The notes under the pieces: model-generated
What the model saw: the letters and a program-made list of their open reading frames with translations, nothing else
Databases searched by the model: none
Told to the model about the DNA's origin: nothing
Position numbers and translations under genes: made by a program
Shown: piece by piece, positions 9,455-18,764 of the stretch
Layout of the letters: each line of letters begins with the position of its first letter
How positions within the stretch are numbered: the stretch's first letter is position 1
DNA from: Candidatus Heimdallarchaeota archaeon
GTDB lineage: Archaea > Asgardarchaeota > Heimdallarchaeia > Heimdallarchaeales > Heimdallarchaeaceae
Assembly: GCA_016839945.1 (NCBI GenBank)
Contig: JAEOTE010000036.1
Span: 1 to 29,905, forward strand
Direction of reading: 5' to 3'
Length of the DNA: 29,905 bases

Positions 9455-11044
9455 ATGAGATTTCTTCTTGTTTCAGATACTCATATTGGCGGAAGATTCG
9501 ATGAACTTATGTTTAATAAAGGAGTGGATATTTGTAATCATTTAGACGCTGATTATCTTGTTCACTGTGGTGATTTAACTAATGATGGTACTTTAGCTCA
9601 ATATGAAATTGCAAAACTTTATCTTGAAAAATTCAACAAAAATAAGAATCTTATAATCATTCCAGGAAATCATGATGTCAAAAATGTTGGTGATCTTTTA
9701 TGGGAAGAAATGATTGGCGAAAGATTTTTTTGTCATGAAGATGAAGTCAAAAAAGTAAAGATTCTTGCCTTGGATTCATCTGAACCTGATTCAGATACTG
9801 GAAGAATGGGTCCAAAAGGCATTCAAAGAATATATGATGAATTTGGTTCAATCCCAGAATACTGGTTGAAAGTATTGATTTTTCACCATCAAACTCTACC
9901 AATTCCATATACTGGAAGAGAGAGAAGCGCTATTTATGACGCAGGAGATGCAGTAAGAGCTATTCTTGATAATAATGTTCATCTAGTGTTAAATGGTCAT
10001 AGACACATAAGCAACTTTTATCGCATGTCAGATGGAGCTATGCAAGCTTGGATAGTAAACAGTGGGACATTGTCTTGTAAAAAGACTAGATATAGAGAAG
10101 AATATTCGATGATAGTAATAGATGTTGATCGAGAAAAAAATGATATATGTATTAGAGTTGTTTTACTCAATAAAGACCCCTATGAAGAACAAATAAAATG
10201 TCGTTGTAGATTTCAAGAAGTCATTCCTCCTATGAAGAAGGATCACTTAGCAACAATTGTTCAAATAGGAAATACTGATATCTGTGACACACATTTTAAT
10301 ACTGATTCTTTTAATAAAGGAGTAAAAGCAATAAATGATCTAAACTGTGATCTTGTTGTTCATTGTGGAGAAGTAACTGGCTCTGCATACTTACATGACT
10401 TTGAATGGTCAAAGGCACTATTGGAGCAAATTGATAAACCTAAATTAATAGTTCCAGGTGATGATGATGCTTATCCTCTAGGATATGAATTATTCCCCGA
10501 GTACATTGGAGATATGAATCCTACATTTAACAATGACGTATTGGATGTTTTAGGTTTCAATAGTTGTTTAATAGATGAAAAAACAGGAAGACTAGGAAGA
10601 GGAAATGTTGCTGAAATCGTTGATAAATTAACCAATTCAGAGAAACTTGGAGTTATTGCTTTTCATCATACTATAATTCCATTACCTAGAACAAAGCATG
10701 ATGCTGAATTAATGGATGCTGGCGATGTACTCTCAGCAATTGTAAAAAACAGAATCAACTTGGTTTTAACTGGAGCAAAAAATCAAGCAGGTTGCTGGCA
10801 AGTAAATGATACTGTTTTTGTAAATGCAGGAACCTTAAGCAGCTATAACATAACAAAACGAGAAGGAAATAGCTTCAATATAATTGATATTTATCAAACT
10901 AATATTGGTAAATACTATGAAATAGATGAATATCTTATTTCAAGTTTTAAAAGAAAGAATATAGGATTATTTCACGTATCTGATATAGCAAAACCTATTG
11001 AAGTTCCTCCTGTAATTGAATATTTACCAAGGAAACAAGTTTAA
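9455..11044 (+). CDS. Tandem calcineurin-like metallophosphoesterase (Icc/CpdA-like); second domain degenerate
   Basis: Domain 1: SDTH, GD, GNHD, HH, GHRH. Domain 2 equivalents: GNTD, GEV, GDDD, HH, GAKN. Likely start ATG 9455 (MRFLLVSDTH). Confidence 0.9.
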   Translation: MRFLLVSDTHIGGRFDELMFNKGVDICNHLDADYLVHCGDLTNDGTLAQYEIAKLYLEKFNKNKNLIIIPGNHDVKNVGDLLWEEMIGERFFCHEDEVKKVKILALDSSEPDSDTGRMGPKGIQRIYDEFGSIPEYWLKVLIFHHQTLPIPYTGRERSAIYDAGDAVRAILDNNVHLVLNGHRHISNFYRMSDGAMQAWIVNSGTLSCKKTRYREEYSMIVIDVDREKNDICIRVVLLNKDPYEEQIKCRCRFQEVIPPMKKDHLATIVQIGNTDICDTHFNTDSFNKGVKAINDLNCDLVVHCGEVTGSAYLHDFEWSKALLEQIDKPKLIVPGDDDAYPLGYELFPEYIGDMNPTFNNDVLDVLGFNSCLIDEKTGRLGRGNVAEIVDKLTNSEKLGVIAFHHTIIPLPRTKHDAELMDAGDVLSAIVKNRINLVLTGAKNQAGCWQVNDTVFVNAGTLSSYNITKREGNSFNIIDIYQTNIGKYYEIDEYLISSFKRKNIGLFHVSDIAKPIEVPPVIEYLPRKQV

Positions 11045-11138
11045 AACTTTAAATTCTCAAGTTTCAAGGCCTTTTATTGTATATTACGTTTCTCTGGTTG
11101 GAAAAACTTTTTATTTTTTGAAAAGGATACTAGAACTT

Positions 11139-12422
11139 GTGACTACAAAAGTTCAAGGTCATGAAAAAGAAGATTCTTTTCCATTGAAAGTAAAGAATCT
11201 ATCTAAAGAAATGGGTTTGTGGATAGAGGAAGCTGAGAGAAGAATTTTCTCATTGGGTACAGGAGATAGAATCAGTCCTATAGCAGTAAAGATAATGCAA
11301 ATAGGTTTTAGTAAAATTCTTTATGCTGCAAATGAACTTGGAGCTGATTTAGAAGAATGTAAACCTTACATTGTTTTTGCTCCTGATTGTACTTGTACTT
11401 TTAATAAAATCAGAGTGGAAAGAGGATTTAGTTATGGAGCTTTAATTAAAGGGGATTTCTCTGGCATGATCTCAACTAGCAATGCGATGCCAAATGCTTG
11501 CGGATACACTATTGCTGAATTAACCACTCAAAGAACAGATGTTTCTTTAAAGAATCATCTAATTCAGAAACAAAAGGAGATTGGTAAAGATCACTTACAG
11601 CAATTAGGGAAAGGGAATCATTTTTCAGCCGTTTATTGTGTCAAGGATTCAATAACTGGGGAAGATACTATGCGAAGAATGATTAATGTTCACAGCAGCG
11701 GAAAATTAGGAACACAATTTCTTTATGATTTGAGTTGGTTAAGTGAGATAGAAGGATATCACAAAGTAGAGACACCTCATGGTCCAGTAGAATTACTGGA
11801 AGGAGAAGCTAAAAAACAATATTTAGATAAATACAATGAGGGTGATAAAACAAATGCTAACTATAGATTTGAGGTTTTGGGAGAGATACTAGGAGAAGGA
11901 ACTTTCAAGATTTTGGAAGAAATAACTCATCAAGGATTATCAAGAGATGGTAGATACCATAGATTAGGAGTTCAAGTTCATGATGGATTAATTCCAATTG
12001 CGTTTAATTCTGAAGAAGGTTTAATTCTTGCAGAAACAAAACCCAATCTCAGTAAAGAGCTCCTAGAAACATGGAAGTATAAAGAACAGGTAGAGGAGTT
12101 GGGTTTAGAAAAGGAACTATCACAAATAGATTTCTCTCCTCATGGAGGAGGATATGAATTTCTTTACCCAGTTGAAAAATTTACAATACACCTAGATAAA
12201 AGAGGTATAGGTTATCTTGAAGCAGAATTAAAGCCTGAAAAAAAACCAAAGATACAAAAGAAAGTTACTTATTTCCGAGAACTTAAAGAATACATGTGTT
12301 TCAGAAGAAAACTTCCTTTAATGAGAGAGGTTTTTAGAGCTGATTTAATTAAACACATCTACGATTTAGAACCTTTAATACAAATATACCCTCTAGTAAG
12401 TATAGTAGGTGGAACACTCTAA
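11139..12422 (+). CDS. Divergent RtcB-fold protein (RNA ligase/guanylyltransferase superfamily)
   Basis: Colinear RtcB-like motifs: PD...GFSYG, PNACG, LGKGNHF, VHSSG, THQ, HRLG, SPHGGG, C-terminal LEPL; start uncertain (GTG 11139 or TTG 11118). Confidence 0.75.
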   Translation: MTTKVQGHEKEDSFPLKVKNLSKEMGLWIEEAERRIFSLGTGDRISPIAVKIMQIGFSKILYAANELGADLEECKPYIVFAPDCTCTFNKIRVERGFSYGALIKGDFSGMISTSNAMPNACGYTIAELTTQRTDVSLKNHLIQKQKEIGKDHLQQLGKGNHFSAVYCVKDSITGEDTMRRMINVHSSGKLGTQFLYDLSWLSEIEGYHKVETPHGPVELLEGEAKKQYLDKYNEGDKTNANYRFEVLGEILGEGTFKILEEITHQGLSRDGRYHRLGVQVHDGLIPIAFNSEEGLILAETKPNLSKELLETWKYKEQVEELGLEKELSQIDFSPHGGGYEFLYPVEKFTIHLDKRGIGYLEAELKPEKKPKIQKKVTYFRELKEYMCFRRKLPLMREVFRADLIKHIYDLEPLIQIYPLVSIVGGTL

Positions 12423-12447
12423 TATATTAAGAACTTAAATAGGGGAT

Positions 12448-13194
12448 GTGATGTTCTCCAGAAAGAATACATGGATAATAGCTCATAGAGGGGATTCTGG
12501 AAATTATCCCGAAAATTCTCTGAGAGCTTTTTGGTCAGCTATTGAATCGAAAGCTGATATAATAGAATTGGATTTGCAATTAACAGCTGATAACCATGTA
12601 GTTGTTTTTCATGATAAAACAATAGAAAGAGTCTTCCAGAGAGATGCAGACAAAACTATTAGAGATTTTAAGCTTAAAAAGCTCAAACAATGGGATATTG
12701 GCAGTTGGTTCAGTAAAGATTTTTCTGGTATGAAAATTCCTACTCTTGAAGAAGTGATTAATTCGTTACCAAAGTTCACCCCTCTGATTTTGGAATTGAA
12801 AAACAATGAAGACAAATTTACAATAAATGTCATTAATCAATTAGATGATTTGAATAAAGAATTAGGTATTGGATATATATCGGTAAGAAACACTGAAACA
12901 TACAAAAGAGCTAAAGATATAACTGATAAATACAAAATTGGTTTAATGCAAAAGAAGAGAACACCAAGAGAAACACTTGATATTATAACGAGAGAAGAAA
13001 TAGAAATTCTTCAGATTCGTTGGAGGGAATGGACTAGTGAAGAATGGGATGTTCTTTTAGAAACAGATACAATCATAACTGCATTTTTTGCAGACGAAAT
13101 TGAGGATTTTCAATTTTTAGTTTCTAAGAAAATAAATGGAATACTAACAAATTATCCTGCTAGACTTGCACAGTTTTTAAAAAGAAATATATAG
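12448..13194 (+). CDS. Glycerophosphodiester phosphodiesterase (GDPD/UgpQ family)
   Basis: IAHRG.SG.YPENSL.AF, IELDLQLTAD...VVFHD, IPTLEE, LELK, GILTNYP. Confidence 0.93.
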   Translation: MMFSRKNTWIIAHRGDSGNYPENSLRAFWSAIESKADIIELDLQLTADNHVVVFHDKTIERVFQRDADKTIRDFKLKKLKQWDIGSWFSKDFSGMKIPTLEEVINSLPKFTPLILELKNNEDKFTINVINQLDDLNKELGIGYISVRNTETYKRAKDITDKYKIGLMQKKRTPRETLDIITREEIEILQIRWREWTSEEWDVLLETDTIITAFFADEIEDFQFLVSKKINGILTNYPARLAQFLKRNI

Positions 13195-13204
13195 AAGAAT
13201 CAAT

Positions 13205-14857
13205 CTAAAGTTTGTCTTTTAATCTACTTATAGAATCAGATTCTTCAAGTTCTTTTGCTATATTTAAGGCTCGAGTATAGATCTCTTTTGCTTTATCCTG
13301 ATGGGATTCTAGAAGTATATCACCGTATTTTTCTAGTATTCGAAGTAAATCTACTTGATCTTCTAGACTTTCATAAATCGATATAGCTGATTCGTATTCA
13401 ACTATCGCTTTATCTTCTTGTTTCTTACCTAAAATACTTGCTAAAACCTCTTTGTTCAACGCTTCATAGTAAGGATTGTCTCTTTTTCTTGAAAGCTCAA
13501 TTCCTTTTTCAACGAATTTTCTTGATTCTTTGGGTTGTTTATCTGCTATACAATAAGCAATCTGATAGTACAGGTAGATTTGCATATCAAATAATTGTTG
13601 AGTATTCTCTCCAGCAATATTCTCAACAATTTTAGTGATTCTTTTATCTAGTTTATCTGCTTTCTTACCTTCTCCAGCCAAGTAATTGAGGGATTGTGCA
13701 GCTACGAAATTATAAAAACCATTAGCCGGGAAACCATCTTTCAGATACAGTTCACCAATCTTTTCATACAATTCTGATTCGTCTTCAATATCATCGTTAG
13801 TCTTTCTATCTATATTTGATCCTTTGAATAAGCATTTCAGAGAATCAAAAGCTTCTTCTTCTGTTGGTTCATGAATATTATCGATAGTTTTGATACTTTT
13901 AATTATATCAAACGAACCATTACTTGATAGTAATTCATATATTTTCTTAATATTTGGTGTATCTTCAATTGCTTCCGGTATAGGTATTGATAAACGATCT
14001 TTGATTGAATGACCATACAACAGGATATATCTTGTTGTTTTAATCGCTTCATCTAATTTTAGTGCTTCTAATGTTTCCGGATGTTTACTGAGTTTTTCTT
14101 TTGCATCTAATAGAAGCTCAAAAGCTGGTTGATACTCGTTAGTTTTAAGATAAATATTTCCAATCTTGTAATTTATAATTCCTAACCATTGATTATCTCC
14201 GATATTTTCAAAATATTTCTTCCCTTCACCATAGAGCTGAACTGCTTGCTTCATATCACTTAATGCTAAACAATTAGCCAAATGTATAGTATTCTGAGCA
14301 TAAGCTTCTTCATCATTAAGTTCTTCAGCTAAATTTATAGCTTGGCTAAAAACTACCGATGCATCCTTGGGATCAAAATGAATAAGGTTTAATCCAAAAG
14401 GAGTTAAACATTCCAAATGGAGTTGTTTATCTCCTGATTTTCTGGCTTCACTCACAGATTGTAAGTAATATTCAGTTGCATCTTTATGATTTTCTAAAAT
14501 AGTAAGTAATGATGCAATATATGATGAGATTTTTGAGGTTATGTGATGAGCTTCAAGCATTCTGCTATCATTCAAGAGATCAGACATATCCCTTAAAGCT
14601 GAATCTGGATCTGCATTCTCAAGCTCTTTTAATTTCTCAGCAAATCTCTTCTCTAATGCCTTCATTTCGTCTTCTACTTTCTCTCCATAAGTGATTATTA
14701 CATCACTTCCAGTAAAACCTACTTCTTGCTCTTTAGGAATATCTTCCAGTCCAGCTAAGTCAGAAAATTCTTCAACCTCAATGTCTACTGATTCTAATTC
14801 ATCTAGATCTTCATATTCTTCATCTTCTCATTCATCGAATTCTTTTTCTTCAAACAT
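13205..14857 (-). CDS. TPR-repeat protein with acidic N-terminal extension interrupted by an in-frame TGA (uninterrupted ORF 13205-14665)
   Basis: TPR-like repeats in the 486-aa ORF; the same frame continues upstream as MFEEKEFDE*EDEEYEDLDELESVDIEVEEFSDLAGLEDIPKEQEVGFTGSDVIITYGEKVEDE-MKALE, TGA at 14830-14828. Confidence 0.75.
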
Positions 14858-14933
14858 TGGTTTCACACTTACAATAATTACATGAAAAGAAGACGCTTTT
14901 ATATTTTCTCTAAAAAATGACTTTTTAAGTATA

Positions 14934-15335
14934 TTATTTCTTGATTTGAATGATTTGTTTGATTCTGTTAATCCAAACATCTAGATTTTTAACTAACCAA
15001 GCAGCTGAATCTTCTTCTCCTTTATCATTAATGAAAGATATATGAAGTAATTGTCTAAATTGAGTTTTACCTAAAAATGATTTTATAGTATCAACTTTTC
15101 TGATATTTCTTAACGGAAAATTAAATTTCTTCTTAGGAAAATACATCTCGAAGAATAAACTGTCTGAAGTTAATATTAGAACTCCATTACCTCTTACTTG
15201 ACCTCTTCCAAGTGAATATTGTCCATAGAAATTTGGATTGGCTGAAATTAGACTTATTTGACTCTCTTCAAAATTGCTTAAAATTTGTTCATATCTCTTT
15301 TTGAATATTCTTTTAAAGCACATATGTACTAACAT
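14934..15335 (-). CDS. Hypothetical protein, possible PH/GRAM-like fold
   Basis: RGNGVLILTSDSLFF...FPLRNIRKV...LHISF...W...I pattern resembles PH-like domains. Confidence 0.6.
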   Translation of the reverse strand: MLVHMCFKRIFKKRYEQILSNFEESQISLISANPNFYGQYSLGRGQVRGNGVLILTSDSLFFEMYFPKKKFNFPLRNIRKVDTIKSFLGKTQFRQLLHISFINDKGEEDSAAWLVKNLDVWINRIKQIIQIKK

Positions 15336-15403
15336 TCAGTTTACTGACATCTTATATTTGTTTTCTATTAAACATGTTTAGTTATATTATCTATTTGTAC
15401 TTA

Positions 15404-16711
15404 CTATTTGTTCTGAAATTTTTTAACTTCCTTTAAGGAGAGGAATAGAAAACTAAGTAAAAATCTAGTACAAGATACAAAAGCTAGAGCTATTGTTAGA
15501 GCAATAGCTTCAGAGTACCAATTCTGTAAAATTTGGACGGTGTAACCACCTAGTAATGTTCCTATGAAATAGAAGACACCTGTTACCATGCTAAGAAAAC
15601 CAATATACAACCCGCTGTTCTTTGATGGAATTATGTCAAGAATGTAAGCATTTACTCCTGCAAATCCAAAGCTAAAAAGACTAGAAATCACAAAGTGAAC
15701 AATATAGAGATGCCAAATTTCTGTTGCAAAAATATATAATAAGGGAAAAAGGAACAAACAAAATCGATTGAGAAAAACCAGTTTTGTTCTACCAAATTTA
15801 TCTGCAACTCTTGCACCTAAAAGGATGAAAAGAAGAGAAGTTACTGCAAAGACAATTTCAAGAAGAGCGATTTGCAGAGCTGATGCATTCAGAATATTTA
15901 CTTGTTTTATGCTAAATAAAGGCCAAGAAAAGGTCCAAAAGATTCCAAAAATTGAATACAATATAACGAACTTTCTGAATGGTTTATTATTTATAACTTC
16001 ACGAATACTCTCTTTCAGAGACATAGTGGTTTTTTCGATTGGTAAATCTTCTCTTAATAATGGTTCTTCTATCTTTCTGAAGGGAATTACTGCAATAATG
16101 GAAATGAAAACTCCAATAGCTACTGGGATAAGAATGTATTTCTGATAATCAATATTCTCCCCAAATGCGAATGTTAGAATTACACCTGTAAATAAAGTTG
16201 CTATCATACTACCAAATGATCCAAACCAAGTAACTCTTCCTGTAAGTTTACCTCTAACTTCAGCAGGGAATAATTCATTCTGTAATGCAACCCAAGCTGG
16301 ATTACCAAAACTGAGTAGAATATTAACAATAGCTGCAATTAAGATAATAAAAGCTGGAGCTTGAATCCAGTAAAGAAAAGCATAGGGTATAATCCAAGTA
16401 ATGGTGGATATTACAATAAAAGGGATCCTTCTTTTCATCATGTCTGATAATCGACCAAAGATAGGATCTAGAAATTGTCTGAGTAAATTAGATATAGCTT
16501 GTATCCAAGCTAGTATACCTGCTGTAGCATTCAAGTTTAAGGCAATGAAAGAAACAAAAGGGCTAACTAAACCATTAGATGTGCTGAATGCTATTGACCG
16601 AGAATAGATAGCGATTGCTTCTTCTTTTTTGATTTTGAAGTCTGGTTTTTCTTTAATCTCTTCTGGAATAATAATCTCAGAAGGGATAACATCTAGTCTC
16701 GAATCGGTCAT
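15404..16711 (-). CDS. MFS transporter
   Basis: About 12 TM segments; motif A copies GRLSDMMKRR and ARVADKFGRTK; P.EVRGK. Confidence 0.92.
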   Translation of the reverse strand: MTDSRLDVIPSEIIIPEEIKEKPDFKIKKEEAIAIYSRSIAFSTSNGLVSPFVSFIALNLNATAGILAWIQAISNLLRQFLDPIFGRLSDMMKRRIPFIVISTITWIIPYAFLYWIQAPAFIILIAAIVNILLSFGNPAWVALQNELFPAEVRGKLTGRVTWFGSFGSMIATLFTGVILTFAFGENIDYQKYILIPVAIGVFISIIAVIPFRKIEEPLLREDLPIEKTTMSLKESIREVINNKPFRKFVILYSIFGIFWTFSWPLFSIKQVNILNASALQIALLEIVFAVTSLLFILLGARVADKFGRTKLVFLNRFCLFLFPLLYIFATEIWHLYIVHFVISSLFSFGFAGVNAYILDIIPSKNSGLYIGFLSMVTGVFYFIGTLLGGYTVQILQNWYSEAIALTIALAFVSCTRFLLSFLFLSLKEVKKFQNK

Positions 16712-16775
16712 GGATAAAACGAGTTAGGTTGAATATTCTAAAAGATTGTGCTAGAGATTGGAATAAGGAATCTCA

Positions 16776-17408
16776 TTATTTTTTCTTTCTGTAAGAGAAT
16801 GCAAGAATCAACACAATAAAACTGATTATAATTGAATGATAGAAATCTATTGTAGTTTTTTGAATCCAGATATTCAGTGGACTAGTTTGAAAACTAAAGG
16901 ATCCATTTTCGAAATAATAGAGAACTGTTATATATCGAATCACTTCATAAGGATGAGTTTGAGAATTTAAATCAGCCCAAATAGTAACATTCCCATGAGG
17001 TGGAGTGGAAAAATTATAGTTCAGCATTTCAAATGATGTTCCTATACTTCTATTAGATATTCCTGAAGGAATAGTGTGATAAGATACAACCATAAGGCAT
17101 ATACTACCTGTATATTCCCTATAGAAGTTCTCTAAATCCACTATCACATGAGGGATTAATAAGCAGCTATTAGGAGTTCTAATTGTTTTTCTCGATCCAT
17201 AATTATTTATTTCAAATGTTATACTGAAAGAAAAACTAGAATGGTTATCTTTCCAATAATGAGAAGGAGGCCATTGTATATCCATAGTTTTTATAGTGAT
17301 TACTTTTTTATTAAATGCTACAAAAACAGTGTTAAATGGAATAGATAGACTAAATATCAACACTAGAAGAAGAAATAAATTAACATTCAGTTTAAATTTA
17401 TTCATCAA
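16776..17408 (-). CDS. Secreted/membrane-anchored hypothetical protein
   Basis: N-terminal hydrophobic segment, beta-rich middle with two Cys and several N-x-S/T, C-terminal TM + RKKK. Confidence 0.7.
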   Translation of the reverse strand: MMNKFKLNVNLFLLLVLIFSLSIPFNTVFVAFNKKVITIKTMDIQWPPSHYWKDNHSSFSFSITFEINNYGSRKTIRTPNSCLLIPHVIVDLENFYREYTGSICLMVVSYHTIPSGISNRSIGTSFEMLNYNFSTPPHGNVTIWADLNSQTHPYEVIRYITVLYYFENGSFSFQTSPLNIWIQKTTIDFYHSIIISFIVLILAFSYRKKK

Positions 17409-17487
17409 TATAATTTATAATTAGCTAAAATCAATGTTTTTGTGTCTACAATTACACACTTGAGCTTTATCAAGAGGTGAAAAGTAC

Positions 17488-18648
17488 ATGAGTAAAAAAT
17501 ATGTCATTGAAGATTTCAATCACTTTGGAGGGATACATTGCGAAACAAGTGCTGTCCAGAAAATATTCCTTTACAATAATCTTCCTATAACAGAAGAGAT
17601 GTTATTTGGACTATCAGGTGGGATAGGCTTTATCTATTGGTATGTTAAGCAGATGCCAGCTCCAATGGTTGGTGGAAGAGGAGGGGGAAGAAACTTCATA
17701 GAAAATGCTGCAAAAAGAGCTGGAGCAACGATCAATGTAAGAAGAACTACAAGTAGCAAAAAAGGATATGATTGGTTAATAGAGAAATTATCCAATAATG
17801 ATCCTACTGTTGTTTATGCAGATATGGCTTATCTACCTTATATGGGAGTTCCTGAAGATGCACATTTTGGACAACATGTTTTTGTAATATATGGGGTAGA
17901 TGAAGAGAAAGATATTGTTTACATCTCTGATAGAGGAAAGAGAGGGGTAAAAACAACAATTGAACAACTCAAAAACGCAAGAGGTTCAAAATATCCTCCA
18001 TGGCCTCCACAACATGCAACTTTTGATTTCAAACTTCCCAAACAATTGAAAATAACCAAGCAAGTTATCAAAGAAGCACTTCTGCAATGTATAGATACAA
18101 TGGTAAATCCTCCAATGAGGAATATTGGATTAGAAGGCATTAAGAAATGGGCAAGTTTGATTGTAAAGTGGCCTGAGATGTTCCCAGGCGAGAATCTTTG
18201 GGAAGCACTTTATCAAGGTTTTATCTATATAGAAACAGGGGGGACTGGAGGAAGTTCAATGCGACCGATGTACTCAAGATTCTTGGGAGAAATAGATTCA
18301 ATATTAAAAGTTGAAGGGATGAATAGTGTTATAGAATCTTTTGATAAATCAGCTCATATTTGGAGTGAAATTGCTTCTCTTTATCTCCCTGATGAGTATC
18401 CCATATTGAAAGAAGTAAGAGAAATACTGCTGAAATCAAATACTCTTTTTGAAGAACAAGAAACGAATGCTTTACAGAAAATGCTTGATTTAAATAAAAA
18501 GATAGAAAACAACAAGAAAGAAATTTTTAGGGATTTGAAGCATGCCCCTTCCTTTCTCCCTAAAGTACAAAGCAAGATTTTACAACTTTACGAAGCTGAA
18601 AAAGAAGCATTTTATAAACTTCAAGAATTTACTAAGAAACTGAGATAA
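17488..18648 (+). CDS. BtrH N-terminal domain / DUF4872 family protein (papain-like Cys-His-Asp fold)
   Basis: GIHCETSA...EEMLFGLSGGIGFIY...HFGQHVFVIYGVD...VYISD; C-terminal IETGGTGG..MR.MY.RFL; GAGGTG ribosome-binding site upstream. Confidence 0.85.
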   Translation: MSKKYVIEDFNHFGGIHCETSAVQKIFLYNNLPITEEMLFGLSGGIGFIYWYVKQMPAPMVGGRGGGRNFIENAAKRAGATINVRRTTSSKKGYDWLIEKLSNNDPTVVYADMAYLPYMGVPEDAHFGQHVFVIYGVDEEKDIVYISDRGKRGVKTTIEQLKNARGSKYPPWPPQHATFDFKLPKQLKITKQVIKEALLQCIDTMVNPPMRNIGLEGIKKWASLIVKWPEMFPGENLWEALYQGFIYIETGGTGGSSMRPMYSRFLGEIDSILKVEGMNSVIESFDKSAHIWSEIASLYLPDEYPILKEVREILLKSNTLFEEQETNALQKMLDLNKKIENNKKEIFRDLKHAPSFLPKVQSKILQLYEAEKEAFYKLQEFTKKLR

Positions 18649-18745
18649 TTCAAGAAACTTTCAATTTCTTAATACTATTTGTCTATTTATTTCCATATCT
18701 TCCAAAAACATTAATTAAAATTTATTTATCTTATAAAATTTCATT

Positions 18746-18757
18746 AAAAAAAAAAAA
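18746..18757 (-). terminator. Archaeal-type oligo-T terminator (T12)
   Basis: A12 on + strand is T12 on - strand, just after the stop codon at 18765. Confidence 0.5.
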
Positions 18758-18764
18758 GGAAAGA

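Noticed and set aside
11016-11138. ORF-track start of the RtcB-like gene overlapping the upstream gene
   Set aside because: The TTG start overlaps the previous CDS and the segment looks like AT-rich intergenic or promoter sequence; a later start is more plausible
14828-14830. Genome-wide reassignment of TGA
   Set aside because: TGA ends genes at expected family lengths (766, 1468, 24448) and forms a TGATG coupling at 29191-29195; Trp is otherwise TGG
14691-14885. Ser-rich 64-aa ORF on the + strand
   Set aside because: It is the antisense mirror of the Glu/Asp codons of the TPR gene's N-terminal extension
15369-15380. Perfect palindrome TAAACATGTTTA upstream of 14934-15335
   Set aside because: Short and AT-rich, single occurrence, plausible by chance
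17488-18648. Butirosin or other secondary-metabolite biosynthetic cluster
   Set aside because: Only the BtrH-like domain is present; no ACP, NRPS/PKS or aminoglycoside genes nearby
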